The notes beneath the pieces are model-generated. The model saw only the letters and a program-made list of their open reading frames with translations, was not told the origin of the DNA and made no database searches. Made by a program: the position numbers and the translations under genes. A stretch of 43,939 nucleotides of DNA from Euryarchaeota archaeon UBA550 (GTDB lineage Archaea; Thermoplasmatota; Poseidoniia; Poseidoniales; Poseidoniaceae), in contig DAYA01000075.1 of NCBI GenBank assembly GCA_002506705.1, positions 1 to 43,939 on the forward strand, written 5' to 3'. Below, in pieces: positions 7,168-16,122 of the stretch (within the stretch, counting starts at the first letter, position 1; every line of letters begins with the position of its first letter).

Positions 7168-9540
7168 ATGCGCCGATGGGTGGTAGTACTTCTCGTCGCA
7201 CTTATGCTGCCTAGTATACCTGCCAGCGCAGACCAAGATCCATTCAACTTCTACATCGATGATGAGATAGTTGCTCACCCGGGCGAAACTGTTCAACTTC
7301 GCATTGCATGGCAGAACATTGTAAGTACGGCTAGACATTTTTCGGTTTCCCTCAATAGTACCGGAGATAACTTGACTGTAAGCGATATACCTAATGATTG
7401 GACAAGAGTAGCGTCAGGTAGGCTCGGAGAGATGCTAATCAATGTTACAGTAGCTCCCAACTCAAACTTTGAAACCCAAACATTCAGTCTGAATTTTCTG
7501 TGTCAAGAAGTAGAAAATTGGAGTCTTACACACGACGTAGATGTCCTTATCTCCAAATGGTCAAACATAATGTTCGGTTCTAATGATGGGTCTGAGTTCT
7601 ACGTTTTACAAGATGTAAGAACCGGTTTCGCAATCAATGTTAGCAATCAAGCAGACTACGATGATACTGTAAAGCTGAAATTCAACACACAAACAAACTG
7701 GGAATACGGGTTTGATGATGATTTGAATAATGACGGCGAATTGGTGATTGACCTACAATCAGGCGACTACGAGTTCATCAACTTCTACATACAAACTCCT
7801 CCTATCCTTGATGGTGGCCCCTTAGCAGGAACTGGTCCACAATTTTCCCTAGAAGCAATCTCAAATCTGGATAGGAGGGTGAGTTCATGGAACTTTAGCC
7901 TCAGAATGGAGACCTATCACAATATGACAATCGATGTTGTTGAAGACAACTTAACCATCGAACCAGGGGACAATGAGCGGCTTGAGGTTGTCGTTAGAAA
8001 TAACGGTAACACAGCCACATACCTCGATGCTGGTTTACTCTACGGAGATTCTAGAGAAGACCGTTTTGAAATAGATAACTGGACAGTTGCAATATTCAAT
8101 GCATTTGAATTTCAACCTCTTGAACCAAATGAATCTAGGAGTATAGAAATAGGCTTCAACGCTCCAAATATCAATCTTGGTTCCGTTAATTTGGAACTTG
8201 ATATAATGCCCCAATCATTCCCACAAAGAGCGACTTCTGTGGAAATTTCATCTTCGATCGATTGGCAAAAAAATGGCAGTTTAAGCAAAATTGGAGACTC
8301 TTGTACGGAGGTTGAATGGAACCAAACCTGTCAACAATTTATTCAAATTGAGAATACTGGTAACTTCTTTCAAAACTACCAACTAGAAATTCGTGATTCC
8401 AGTGGGATGTATTTTGAAATAACACAAGAGACAATCGGTCTTTCAAGAGGCCAAAACAGCATAGAAATCCCGCTGAACATTACCCCGATTGAAAATGCAG
8501 AAGCATTCACTGCTGGCTCTGCTGAATTAGTCCTAAGATTAACTGACGGCACGTTGGTGGATTCGTTAGATATTTCATCCAAGACTGCACCAAGAGTGTT
8601 TTGGATATGGGAAGATTCTACTACATCGGTTAGTAACGGAAGACTCGAAATGGCAATAACAATGAGGAATGATGGTAACACTGCAGATGGTTTGGTGGTT
8701 AGGATGACTTCTTCATACTTCACAGAGATGAGTTTCATCCCTCCTAACAATGCAATCGTAGAGGATGGTTCAAAGAACATACGTTCCTTTGAAATCGTCA
8801 ATATCGACAAAGGGGCCAATTTTACTTTCAGAGCCTGGGCAAAGATCCCTGATAACCAAAATTCAGCTGATGATTTTTACATCAACATAACAGCGCATAG
8901 TCGCCTTGCGGATGACAAGCCATTCAAATTCACCGCTAATACATCATTCGATGCAGCCACATCAAACAACGATAATCAGGAAGGTATCGTAGACTCCATC
9001 GGCGATATTGTTTCAATGATTTTTACTGTAATCTGGGCGTGGAAATGGATTGCTATCGCTACCATAGCGAGTGGGTTGATGATAAACAAATCAATCAGAG
9101 ACCGTAGAGCAAGGCTTGCGGATATGGAATTAATGAATTCACAACAAAATGTAGAACAAAAACCGGATGATTGGATGGCAGAATTCGCTACCAAAAAACA
9201 GCCAGCCCCAGAAATCGCTCAATCACCTCAAATTCCTTCTGAAGTGTTTACTGGTATGTTCCAAGCGGTTGGAGGTGGACAGAAACCAGTTGCAGAACCT
9301 GTTGATTCAAGGCTGGTTGGTGCTGCTAGTACGGTATTAGACCATCACGATACAGTTGCTACAAAATCAAAACTCGACGATTTAGTAGAGAATCTAGCAG
9401 CTGGAAATGTCAGTACCCCGCACAAGGCAAATGTTGCATTACCTGATGACATTATTCCTGTAACAGAAAGAACTGTGCCAAAGTCTCAGGCAGATGTTTC
9501 TGTTCCAACAATGCTCGATTTGGATGACCTCGATTTGTGA
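7168..9540 (+). CDS. Secreted, C-terminally membrane-anchored surface protein with CARDB/NEW3-like repeats
   Basis: Sec signal MRRWVVVLLVALMLPSIPASA. Repeated V-x-N-x-G-N-x-A type strands (LEVVVRNNGNTATYLDAG, MAITMRNDGNTADGLVVRM, FIQIENTGNFFQNY) and many N-x-S/T sequons. One TM helix (IFTVIWAWKWIAIATIASGLMI, aa ~615-639) is followed by a ~150 aa cytoplasmic tail ending LDLDDLDL. Confidence 0.7.
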   Translation: MRRWVVVLLVALMLPSIPASADQDPFNFYIDDEIVAHPGETVQLRIAWQNIVSTARHFSVSLNSTGDNLTVSDIPNDWTRVASGRLGEMLINVTVAPNSNFETQTFSLNFLCQEVENWSLTHDVDVLISKWSNIMFGSNDGSEFYVLQDVRTGFAINVSNQADYDDTVKLKFNTQTNWEYGFDDDLNNDGELVIDLQSGDYEFINFYIQTPPILDGGPLAGTGPQFSLEAISNLDRRVSSWNFSLRMETYHNMTIDVVEDNLTIEPGDNERLEVVVRNNGNTATYLDAGLLYGDSREDRFEIDNWTVAIFNAFEFQPLEPNESRSIEIGFNAPNINLGSVNLELDIMPQSFPQRATSVEISSSIDWQKNGSLSKIGDSCTEVEWNQTCQQFIQIENTGNFFQNYQLEIRDSSGMYFEITQETIGLSRGQNSIEIPLNITPIENAEAFTAGSAELVLRLTDGTLVDSLDISSKTAPRVFWIWEDSTTSVSNGRLEMAITMRNDGNTADGLVVRMTSSYFTEMSFIPPNNAIVEDGSKNIRSFEIVNIDKGANFTFRAWAKIPDNQNSADDFYINITAHSRLADDKPFKFTANTSFDAATSNNDNQEGIVDSIGDIVSMIFTVIWAWKWIAIATIASGLMINKSIRDRRARLADMELMNSQQNVEQKPDDWMAEFATKKQPAPEIAQSPQIPSEVFTGMFQAVGGGQKPVAEPVDSRLVGAASTVLDHHDTVATKSKLDDLVENLAAGNVSTPHKANVALPDDIIPVTERTVPKSQADVSVPTMLDLDDLDL

Positions 9541-9548
9541 GTGGTATA

Positions 9549-10184
9549 ATGAAAATTGGAGTTGATGAAGCAGGCAGGGGCTCGGTTATCGGTCCTTTGG
9601 TAGTGTGTTCATTTGCCAGCATTTCTCAAACCGAACTCCTTGAGTTAGGAGTAAAAGATTCGAAAGACCTCAGCAAAAAGAAGAGGGAAGAATTGTATCA
9701 AATACTTGTGAAGATGCCTCACAACGTGATAATTTGCGAACCAAAAAGGATTGACAATTCGCCAAACCTCAATCAACTTGAAGTCGAGTTATTTGCGGAA
9801 TCTCTTTCGGTTATGCCTGATGGTGAGATTATGCTAGACGCATGTGACGTTGATGCTGCGAGATTTGCAAGAAATGTCTCAATCCTATCAGAACGAGACT
9901 GTGAAGCCGAACACAAAGCGGATGAAAATCATCCCGAAGTTAGTGCGGCAAGCATAATCGCAAAGGTGACACGCGACAACTGTGTAAAGCAATTGTGTCA
10001 AGACTTGAAGATGGATTTGGGAAGTGGTTACCCATCAGATCCAAAAACCAAATCTGCTGTTAAGATTCTCTCTGCAGGAGATTACCCACACGATTGCCTA
10101 CGTTGGTCATGGAAAACGGTAAGTGACGCCAGAGGAAGTCCTGTGCCACCACGTCCTGATGGACCACAACAAACCTTGTTTTGA
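9549..10184 (+). CDS. rnhB: Ribonuclease HII
   Basis: MKIGVDEAGRGSVIGPLVV carries the DEAGRG catalytic motif. It also has DSKDLSKKKRE, the C-terminal GSGYPSD motif, and a length of ~212 aa. The track start (GTG 9537) overlaps the upstream stop; the ATG at 9549 is preferred. Confidence 0.9.
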   Translation: MKIGVDEAGRGSVIGPLVVCSFASISQTELLELGVKDSKDLSKKKREELYQILVKMPHNVIICEPKRIDNSPNLNQLEVELFAESLSVMPDGEIMLDACDVDAARFARNVSILSERDCEAEHKADENHPEVSAASIIAKVTRDNCVKQLCQDLKMDLGSGYPSDPKTKSAVKILSAGDYPHDCLRWSWKTVSDARGSPVPPRPDGPQQTLF

Positions 10185-10209
10185 ATAACTAAGAGCCCCA
10201 CGGATTGAC

Positions 10210-11880
10210 ATGGACTGGCAGCCGGACCAACCAACTTTGGACTTGATTCGTCACCTTGCCTTGCAAAACAGTTACCAGTATGCTGGGAAAGGACAGGCTG
10301 GTTCTGTAATTAGTAGGATAATGGGCAGCCGAGCAGATTTACGGCAACATGGTAAGGTCATCGCTCCACTGGTTGGCAAAGAGGTGGCCAAAGCAAACGC
10401 TATGGCCCAAAAGGACGGGCTTGATGCCGTAAGAGAGATTCTAGAAAATGAAGCACCTGAATTATTGGAAAAGAAAGTCCAAACTCGCAGAGAAGGATTA
10501 CCAGAACTTCCCAACCTAAACAGCAGAAAACCGGTTCTCAGATTCGCACCTAACCCAAACGGACCACTTTCATTTGGACATTCCCGAGGCTTGGTAATTA
10601 ACGGTCAGTACGCAAAGGAATTAGATGGAGAACTTATTCTAAGATTTGACGACACAGATACTACAGTTAAGCCCCCAATGCTTGAAGCATACGATTCAAT
10701 CCCAAAACAGCAGGAATGGCTATGTGGATTTCCTGCGCACAGGATAGTAATCGCTAGTGAGAGGATGGACAAATACCACGAATATGCGACTAAAATGCTG
10801 GAAGGAGGATTTGGTTATGTTTGCACTTGCTCCGCTGAATCCTTTAGAGAATTTAGAGTCTCAAAGCAAGAATGCCCTTGCAGAGGAAATTCTGTTGATG
10901 AAAATTTAGAACTATGGCGCAAGATGAACGACCCAGAGGGATTTCAACCTGGTGAAGCAGTCCTACGGGTAAAGACTGACATGACGCTAAAAAACCCTGC
11001 ACTCAGAGATTGGCCAGCAGCTAGAATACAAACCAATCCACATCCAAGAGTAGGAAATAAATGGCGAGTTTGGCCACTCTTAGATTTTCAATCTGCTATC
11101 GAAGATTATCTTCAGGGTGTGACTCACATCATTCGAGGAAAGGATTTGATGGATTCTACGCGAAAGCAGACGCTGCTCTATGCGCACTTTGGCTGGGATT
11201 ATCCGGAGACAATTTACTGGGGACGAGTAAAAGTACACGAATTCGGAGCATTCTCAACCTCACAGATGAAGAGGGATATCGCAGAAGGAATTTTTGATGG
11301 ATGGGACGACCCAAGGCTACCGACCCTCTCTGCCTTGTCCAGAAGGGGAATAAAGGCTGATTCACTTCGTGCATTTTGGATTGAGTTAGGTCTAACTCAA
11401 AAAGACATATCAGTACCTTTGTCAACACTTTATTCACACAACACTAAGGCTATCGATGCGCAAGCACCTCGCCTTGCTTTCGTTAGAAATGCGTATCCAG
11501 TTAAGTTAAGTGGAGATTTTCCAAAAACTGGAACAATTTCCTCACACTCAGATACAGAAATGACTCCTAGGCAATATTCGATAGACGAAGGCGTTTGGAT
11601 TGAAGAAGATGATTCTGGCAAACCAATTAGATTGAAGGATTTGTGCGACATAGATTCAACGGGCAATGTCGAGAGCATAGATAGAAGTGACAAACGTAGT
11701 GTCGTTCATTGGGTAGCGGGTGGAACACCATCCAAACTAACGATTGCTGACGGTCAGGAAATAACGACCGTTGAAGGAATTTTGGAAGACCACAATTATC
11801 CAGTTGGAACTATTCTACAACTAGAAAGAATTGGATATGCAATCGTTGAGGATGATGGCTTACTTATGGTCCATGACTAA
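10210..11880 (+). CDS. gltX: Glutamyl-tRNA synthetase, archaeal type
   Basis: Class I HIGH region RFAPNPNGPLSFGHSRG, followed by LRFDDTD, HIIRGKD and a FSTSQMK (KMSKS-like) region. The ~100 aa N-terminal extension and 556 aa length are typical of archaeal GluRS. Confidence 0.9.
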   Translation: MDWQPDQPTLDLIRHLALQNSYQYAGKGQAGSVISRIMGSRADLRQHGKVIAPLVGKEVAKANAMAQKDGLDAVREILENEAPELLEKKVQTRREGLPELPNLNSRKPVLRFAPNPNGPLSFGHSRGLVINGQYAKELDGELILRFDDTDTTVKPPMLEAYDSIPKQQEWLCGFPAHRIVIASERMDKYHEYATKMLEGGFGYVCTCSAESFREFRVSKQECPCRGNSVDENLELWRKMNDPEGFQPGEAVLRVKTDMTLKNPALRDWPAARIQTNPHPRVGNKWRVWPLLDFQSAIEDYLQGVTHIIRGKDLMDSTRKQTLLYAHFGWDYPETIYWGRVKVHEFGAFSTSQMKRDIAEGIFDGWDDPRLPTLSALSRRGIKADSLRAFWIELGLTQKDISVPLSTLYSHNTKAIDAQAPRLAFVRNAYPVKLSGDFPKTGTISSHSDTEMTPRQYSIDEGVWIEEDDSGKPIRLKDLCDIDSTGNVESIDRSDKRSVVHWVAGGTPSKLTIADGQEITTVEGILEDHNYPVGTILQLERIGYAIVEDDGLLMVHD

Positions 11881-12202
11881 CCAGTACTGGTTCACCATCT
11901 TCTGTTACAACGACATACTTTGGTCTCCACATTGATGCTTTCACAGGGTCAGGATCAACCAATATATCCAATTCACAGACTTGACCGCAATTCCCTTGTT
12001 TCTCAAGGTGCGCTTCTGTTAGTACGCCAATGATTTTTTCTTGACCCCAAACCACCAGTAGGTCGTTACCAATCAAACGACTTTTTGCTTCCTCAAGGGA
12101 GTCCTCTGCGCCGATAGATGAAAATTCCATGTTCTCGGTTTCACAATTCAGTCCTTCAACTATCCCATAGGTGGGTTCAAGATGGTTGACCTCTAGGGCC
12201 AT
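11864..12202 (-). CDS. Small hypothetical protein, possibly a single CBS-like domain
   Basis: The ORF runs 11864-12244, with in-frame ATGs at 12202 and 12130. The segment AEDSLEEAKSRLIGNDLLVVWGQEKIIGVLTEAHL resembles half of a CBS pair. It overlaps the gltX 3' end by 17 nt (convergent). The start is uncertain. Confidence 0.35.
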   Translation of the reverse strand: MALEVNHLEPTYGIVEGLNCETENMEFSSIGAEDSLEEAKSRLIGNDLLVVWGQEKIIGVLTEAHLEKQGNCGQVCELDILVDPDPVKASMWRPKYVVVTEDGEPVLVSHGP

Positions 12203-12204
12203 AC

Positions 12205-12555
12205 ATGGCAATCGAGCGTCTGTTAACAGGGAACATCGGTGCACAAGTCAAAGAATTGATGGCGACAGAAGACATTGTCATTGAGGCCGTTCGAGATTTG
12301 GTCAAAGATGAAATCAAGAGTTACATCAGACAAAAAGTAGACGCAGATGAAGAACTGAAAGGCGAACTTAAGGAGGCCATCTCATACTACTTCAACGCTA
12401 AAGCACGCTCAGTTTATGCAGAAATGAAGGCAAGTAGGGCTGCGGCAAGACTAGGATTAAGGATTCTACCTGACGACCTTCAAGGAGAAGTTGGGGAAGC
12501 TCTTGTCGGCCTTTTCGAAAAGGAACTCGGCAACTTGTTGGAAAAAGCACTTTGA
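12205..12555 (+). CDS. Hypothetical small helical, charged protein (116 aa)
   Basis: Clean ATG ORF with K/E-rich helical sequence and no TM segment. A GC hairpin follows immediately. No family recognised. Confidence 0.5.
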   Translation: MAIERLLTGNIGAQVKELMATEDIVIEAVRDLVKDEIKSYIRQKVDADEELKGELKEAISYYFNAKARSVYAEMKASRAAARLGLRILPDDLQGEVGEALVGLFEKELGNLLEKAL

Positions 12556-12570
12556 GCCCCTTAGGGGCTC
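12554..12570 (+). terminator. GC-run hairpin overlapping the stop codon (GAGCCCC-TTA-GGGGCTC)
   Basis: Perfect 7 bp stem with a 3 nt loop, starting inside the TGA (12553-12555) and followed by GTTTGG. It sits between two co-oriented genes. Confidence 0.4.
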
Positions 12571-12628
12571 GTTTGGCCACAGTCTTGAATAGTGTAATGC
12601 TTGCAGACAAGGTTGGTAGGTATTGACA

Positions 12629-14647
12629 ATGATGAAATTCAAACCAATCCTACTCGGCATATTACTGCTATGTTCCTGCATACCAATCCCAACAGTATCA
12701 GCAGATAGTGTGGAAGTCTGTTGTGACTCTGGGCCAGTTGAACTTTATTTGATCGGACCTGCAGGTTCAGGAGAAATGTCACCGTTTGATGCAGCTTTAT
12801 CAGATGAGTCTGAAGAACTAACGATTTCTGACGCGATTGCTCAACAACAGGAGATTGCAAGTTGGAAAATTGACCCCGCATGGAGTGGAGCTTATCCTTC
12901 ATCGACGTGGGAGTTTGCAATCGACTATTCTGTGGAAAACGCTGGAGGTGTACAAATCAACGCGTCCGTTAGCATCACAATCGGTGGAGAAGAATATGTT
13001 GGGGGTACGGACCAATCGAACTCTTTCCTCCCATCCGGTGAGGGGACACTTAGCATTGATGTCGGAGTAGATGCAGGTTCGATTTCCTCATCGAGTAAAA
13101 TCGAAGTCATTCTCTCCGCTCAAACCGTTGTATTTAGCGTGCCAAACACAGACGCAGGATTGACTTTCATCTGGGGGGGCAGTGGAGATGATTCTTCAAT
13201 AACTGGAGATATTCCACTTGTTGATTTGATTATAGAGGAGCCTGTCACTGAAGGAATGGATGTCTACATCTCAATGATTGTTGCATCACCATTTGGTCAA
13301 ATGACCGCTGCACACGCAGAAAGTCTCAGTGTCAGCGTAAATAGCGGAGTGCTATCTGGTGACCCGATAGTAACCAGTAGCGGAGATTATGTTAGGTTAA
13401 CATGGACCTGGACATCTACTACCCCAGGCACTCAAGACATATCTGTCGCAGGTAGTATTCAAATTCAGTCGGGGAGCCCAATTCTAACAGGATCTACCAC
13501 TTTCAGCATAGAAACCGCTGACACGGGTTCCAATACCGGTGGCGGTTTCTATCCGACGGAAGAACCACTACGTTCTGATGGAGGAGGTTCGAAACTAGTT
13601 GCTAGTATTAGCATGGAACTGGATAGGACTGATGAATTTTTGACACTTGAACGTAAAATTGACCTCACGATTGATGGGGAAATGTCCTACTGGATGAGAT
13701 GGGGAATGGATAACATCGGCTCCGATGATTCATCACTATCGCAGCCGTTACGAATTTTCAAATCTGGAACTGTCAGCGACGAAGACAGGAGAAATCGTGT
13801 GATTGATGATGTTGAAAGAGCGGAATTTGAGAGTCAAATGGTCAATTTGGGTGTCACATACATGAACGACGGTATGGCACTTGAGCTTGAGGAACTAATT
13901 GGAAATGATGTACAAGACCTGGAGAGAATTTCGTTCTCTGTCGATTTGCAAGGAAAGAAAAACGTCGTACCACATCCACTGACCTTATCAATAACCACTC
14001 TAGAGATCGTCGAAGAAAACAAAGAATCTGTGCTACTAAGAAATTTCATTATCGTTCAACCAACGCCTATCTGGTCGAGCATGGACATGAGTATCAGCAT
14101 AGATACCGGGATGATGGCAAGCCTTACTGGTGCTAACGTAAAGGGCGAAGATTCTATTGACATTTCTCAAAGGAGAACACCTCTAGGGGAAACCATTGAA
14201 ATTAGTGTTGAGAATCTAAAACCCAGTGCAACTTTCTCATTCAGTGCTTATCCAACAAGCAACTTGTTGAATGCTCCTCTCAGCCTATCATTGATTACAT
14301 TGGCAATAGTTGGAGGAGGAATGTGGTTTGCATTTACCCTAACCAAGAACAAGAGGCGTGGAGCACTTTGGATTGAAATGATTTTGATTCCGGTTGTGCT
14401 TCTTGCACTATTCCTAGGGTACAATCCATTCACCGTTGGCGCTATTGCAGGAATTTCAGTAGCTCTATGGACAATCACTGCAATTGCTAGCCCGAGAAAG
14501 AAGGGAATTCCACCCAAATCGAATCCTATCGCATTCCCAGTTATTGAGTGCCCTGCATGCGGAACACCGAATTCAATAACAACTGATGAAAGACCATTCA
14601 GACTTCCATGTGAAGGATGTGGCAGAGTCCTGAAGATTGTAGAATAA
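12629..14647 (+). CDS. Surface protein: signal peptide, ~560 aa ectodomain, three TM helices, cytoplasmic C-terminal zinc ribbon
   Basis: The ATG at 12629 gives MMKFKPILLGILLLCSCIPIPTVSA. TM helices near the C-terminus are LSLITLAIVGGGMWFAFTL, LWIEMILIPVVLLALFLGY and VGAIAGISVALWTITAIA. The last 32 aa, CPACGTPNSITTDERPFRLPCEGCGRVLKIVE, form a CxxC...CxxC ribbon. Confidence 0.7.
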   Translation: MMKFKPILLGILLLCSCIPIPTVSADSVEVCCDSGPVELYLIGPAGSGEMSPFDAALSDESEELTISDAIAQQQEIASWKIDPAWSGAYPSSTWEFAIDYSVENAGGVQINASVSITIGGEEYVGGTDQSNSFLPSGEGTLSIDVGVDAGSISSSSKIEVILSAQTVVFSVPNTDAGLTFIWGGSGDDSSITGDIPLVDLIIEEPVTEGMDVYISMIVASPFGQMTAAHAESLSVSVNSGVLSGDPIVTSSGDYVRLTWTWTSTTPGTQDISVAGSIQIQSGSPILTGSTTFSIETADTGSNTGGGFYPTEEPLRSDGGGSKLVASISMELDRTDEFLTLERKIDLTIDGEMSYWMRWGMDNIGSDDSSLSQPLRIFKSGTVSDEDRRNRVIDDVERAEFESQMVNLGVTYMNDGMALELEELIGNDVQDLERISFSVDLQGKKNVVPHPLTLSITTLEIVEENKESVLLRNFIIVQPTPIWSSMDMSISIDTGMMASLTGANVKGEDSIDISQRRTPLGETIEISVENLKPSATFSFSAYPTSNLLNAPLSLSLITLAIVGGGMWFAFTLTKNKRRGALWIEMILIPVVLLALFLGYNPFTVGAIAGISVALWTITAIASPRKKGIPPKSNPIAFPVIECPACGTPNSITTDERPFRLPCEGCGRVLKIVE

Positions 14648-15580
14648 TCAGAAATGACCTTTCGTGATAAGCCCATCAAGGATAGTACTTGCATGCACTT
14701 TTGCTTCGGTTTCATCCTGAGGCCACTGACTTTGGGCCTGATGTAATTGGCTTGCAATGTCAATATCATTACCGGGAATCATGGCTCTATGCCAAACCAG
14801 TTCCTCCAGACGCATGGTTGAAATTCCTTCAATCCTTAATGATGGAAGGACCAGCTCACTAATTGCCGAACTTCTCTGTTCAATATCCATCTTTGGCCAA
14901 CTCCTTTGCAAACGATTGAGCATCATTTTTGATAGGCCCGGAATCATACTAACCTCTGGGCTAGGAACCTCCGGGAGAGGCCTTATCTCAATTGAACCCT
15001 CATTATCTAGATGGTCTCTAAGTATTGACAACACTGGGTCGTAGTTAGCATCTGCACCACTACGCAACCAACTACCTGCAATGGTCAGTGGACGCTGCTT
15101 GCGGACCCTTGATCCATCAGGAGAAAGAATACTTGCCAGGGCAGCACACAATGCAGTGCAATCTACAGCACCATTGTGAGTTCTTGAGGAGTTTGGAAAG
15201 TTAACACTTACAGAAATTGGGAATAATTGGATGTAGTTTTCTTCAATATGTGTGGCACTTTGTGTCTCTTGGAAAGGACTGATGTGTATCACTAAACCTT
15301 CTACCTCTGGTATGATTTCCTTATTGTCTCGACTAACATGTTTTCGCGGAGGTAAGATTCTTCGAAGGTAGTTCTTTGAATTATCTAGTAAGGCCGATTC
15401 TAACTGTGATAGGGCAAGAACTCCTTCAACATCAGCAGGAGCCATCAGGTGTACGACATTAGCTGACTGTATGCGATTCGCAATATCTAGTAGTTGGCTT
15501 TCTAGAGTGACAAAAACCGCACATTGTAGTAGGTTTTTCATCGACTCACCGAACTGATTGAAACAGCCGATGGTTATCAA
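14648..15580 (-). CDS. RecJ/Cdc45-like DHH-domain protein with degenerate catalytic motifs
   Basis: VVHLMAPADVEGVLALSQLESALL aligns by eye with DHH motif II (H-x-x-x-D-x-DG), but the aspartates are replaced. No DHH triad is seen. IAGSWLRSGADANYDPVLSILRDHLDNEGSIEI and PEVSMIPGLS resemble the archaeal GAN/RecJ linker region. It lies directly downstream of rps15, a gene association I recall from archaeal genome comparisons (from memory, not verified here). An alternative start is the ATG at 15541. Confidence 0.45.
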   Translation of the reverse strand: MITIGCFNQFGESMKNLLQCAVFVTLESQLLDIANRIQSANVVHLMAPADVEGVLALSQLESALLDNSKNYLRRILPPRKHVSRDNKEIIPEVEGLVIHISPFQETQSATHIEENYIQLFPISVSVNFPNSSRTHNGAVDCTALCAALASILSPDGSRVRKQRPLTIAGSWLRSGADANYDPVLSILRDHLDNEGSIEIRPLPEVPSPEVSMIPGLSKMMLNRLQRSWPKMDIEQRSSAISELVLPSLRIEGISTMRLEELVWHRAMIPGNDIDIASQLHQAQSQWPQDETEAKVHASTILDGLITKGHF

Positions 15581-15592
15581 AGTGAGTGTACA

Positions 15593-16051
15593 TCACTCGA
15601 CCATCAGTCGAAGTTCATCTCTCTTGTATTTCCAGTCTGCTGAGAGGCGACCTTCGTTGATGTAATACTTTGCAAGGCGTCGAATCTTTGCCTCTGTAAG
15701 TTCTAGCGATCTCTTGTTGTGAATGTCCTTGTGGTTACCGGAACCAAGGTGGTCAATGATTCCTACAGCCTTGCGCATGAGGTTCATCATGTCTTCAGGA
15801 TAGGAACCTCCGATTCCGTTCTCTGCCATTACTGCGGAGATTCTCTTGCCGAGGACCTTTCTTGCGTCTGGTACTGCGTGTTGGTCTCTAAGAATAGTAC
15901 CGATTGATGCGGAAGAGTGACCAGCCTTACCTAGTTCTACAACTAGTTCTGTGACTGCCTTAGCATCAGTGTTTGACCACTCTGGTAGAGATTCATTGTG
16001 TGGCTTTGTGGAACCGGACTTACCTTTCCTCTTAGCGTACATACGTGCCAT
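15593..16051 (-). CDS. rps15: 30S ribosomal protein uS15 (S15P/S13e)
   Basis: MARMYAKRKGKSGSTKPH... with the C-terminal S15 fold (IHNKRSLELTEAKIRRLAKYY). GGAGG (complement of 16059-16063) lies 7 nt upstream of the ATG at 16051. The track start at 16069 is a short extension. Confidence 0.9.
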   Translation of the reverse strand: MARMYAKRKGKSGSTKPHNESLPEWSNTDAKAVTELVVELGKAGHSSASIGTILRDQHAVPDARKVLGKRISAVMAENGIGGSYPEDMMNLMRKAVGIIDHLGSGNHKDIHNKRSLELTEAKIRRLAKYYINEGRLSADWKYKRDELRLMVE

Positions 16052-16122
16052 ATTCAAGCCTCCGAGCATTTCGCCGACCTATCTCCCATTCTTAACCGCT
16101 ACGCATGGGAAAATTCCAAATT

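Noticed and set aside
14248-14769. 173 aa minus-strand ORF spanning the junction of the 674 aa gene and the DHH-like gene
   Set aside because: It overlaps the TM/zinc-ribbon coding end of a supported plus-strand gene. The in-frame minus-strand gene that makes sense starts its stop at 14648. It is treated as a spurious read-through frame.
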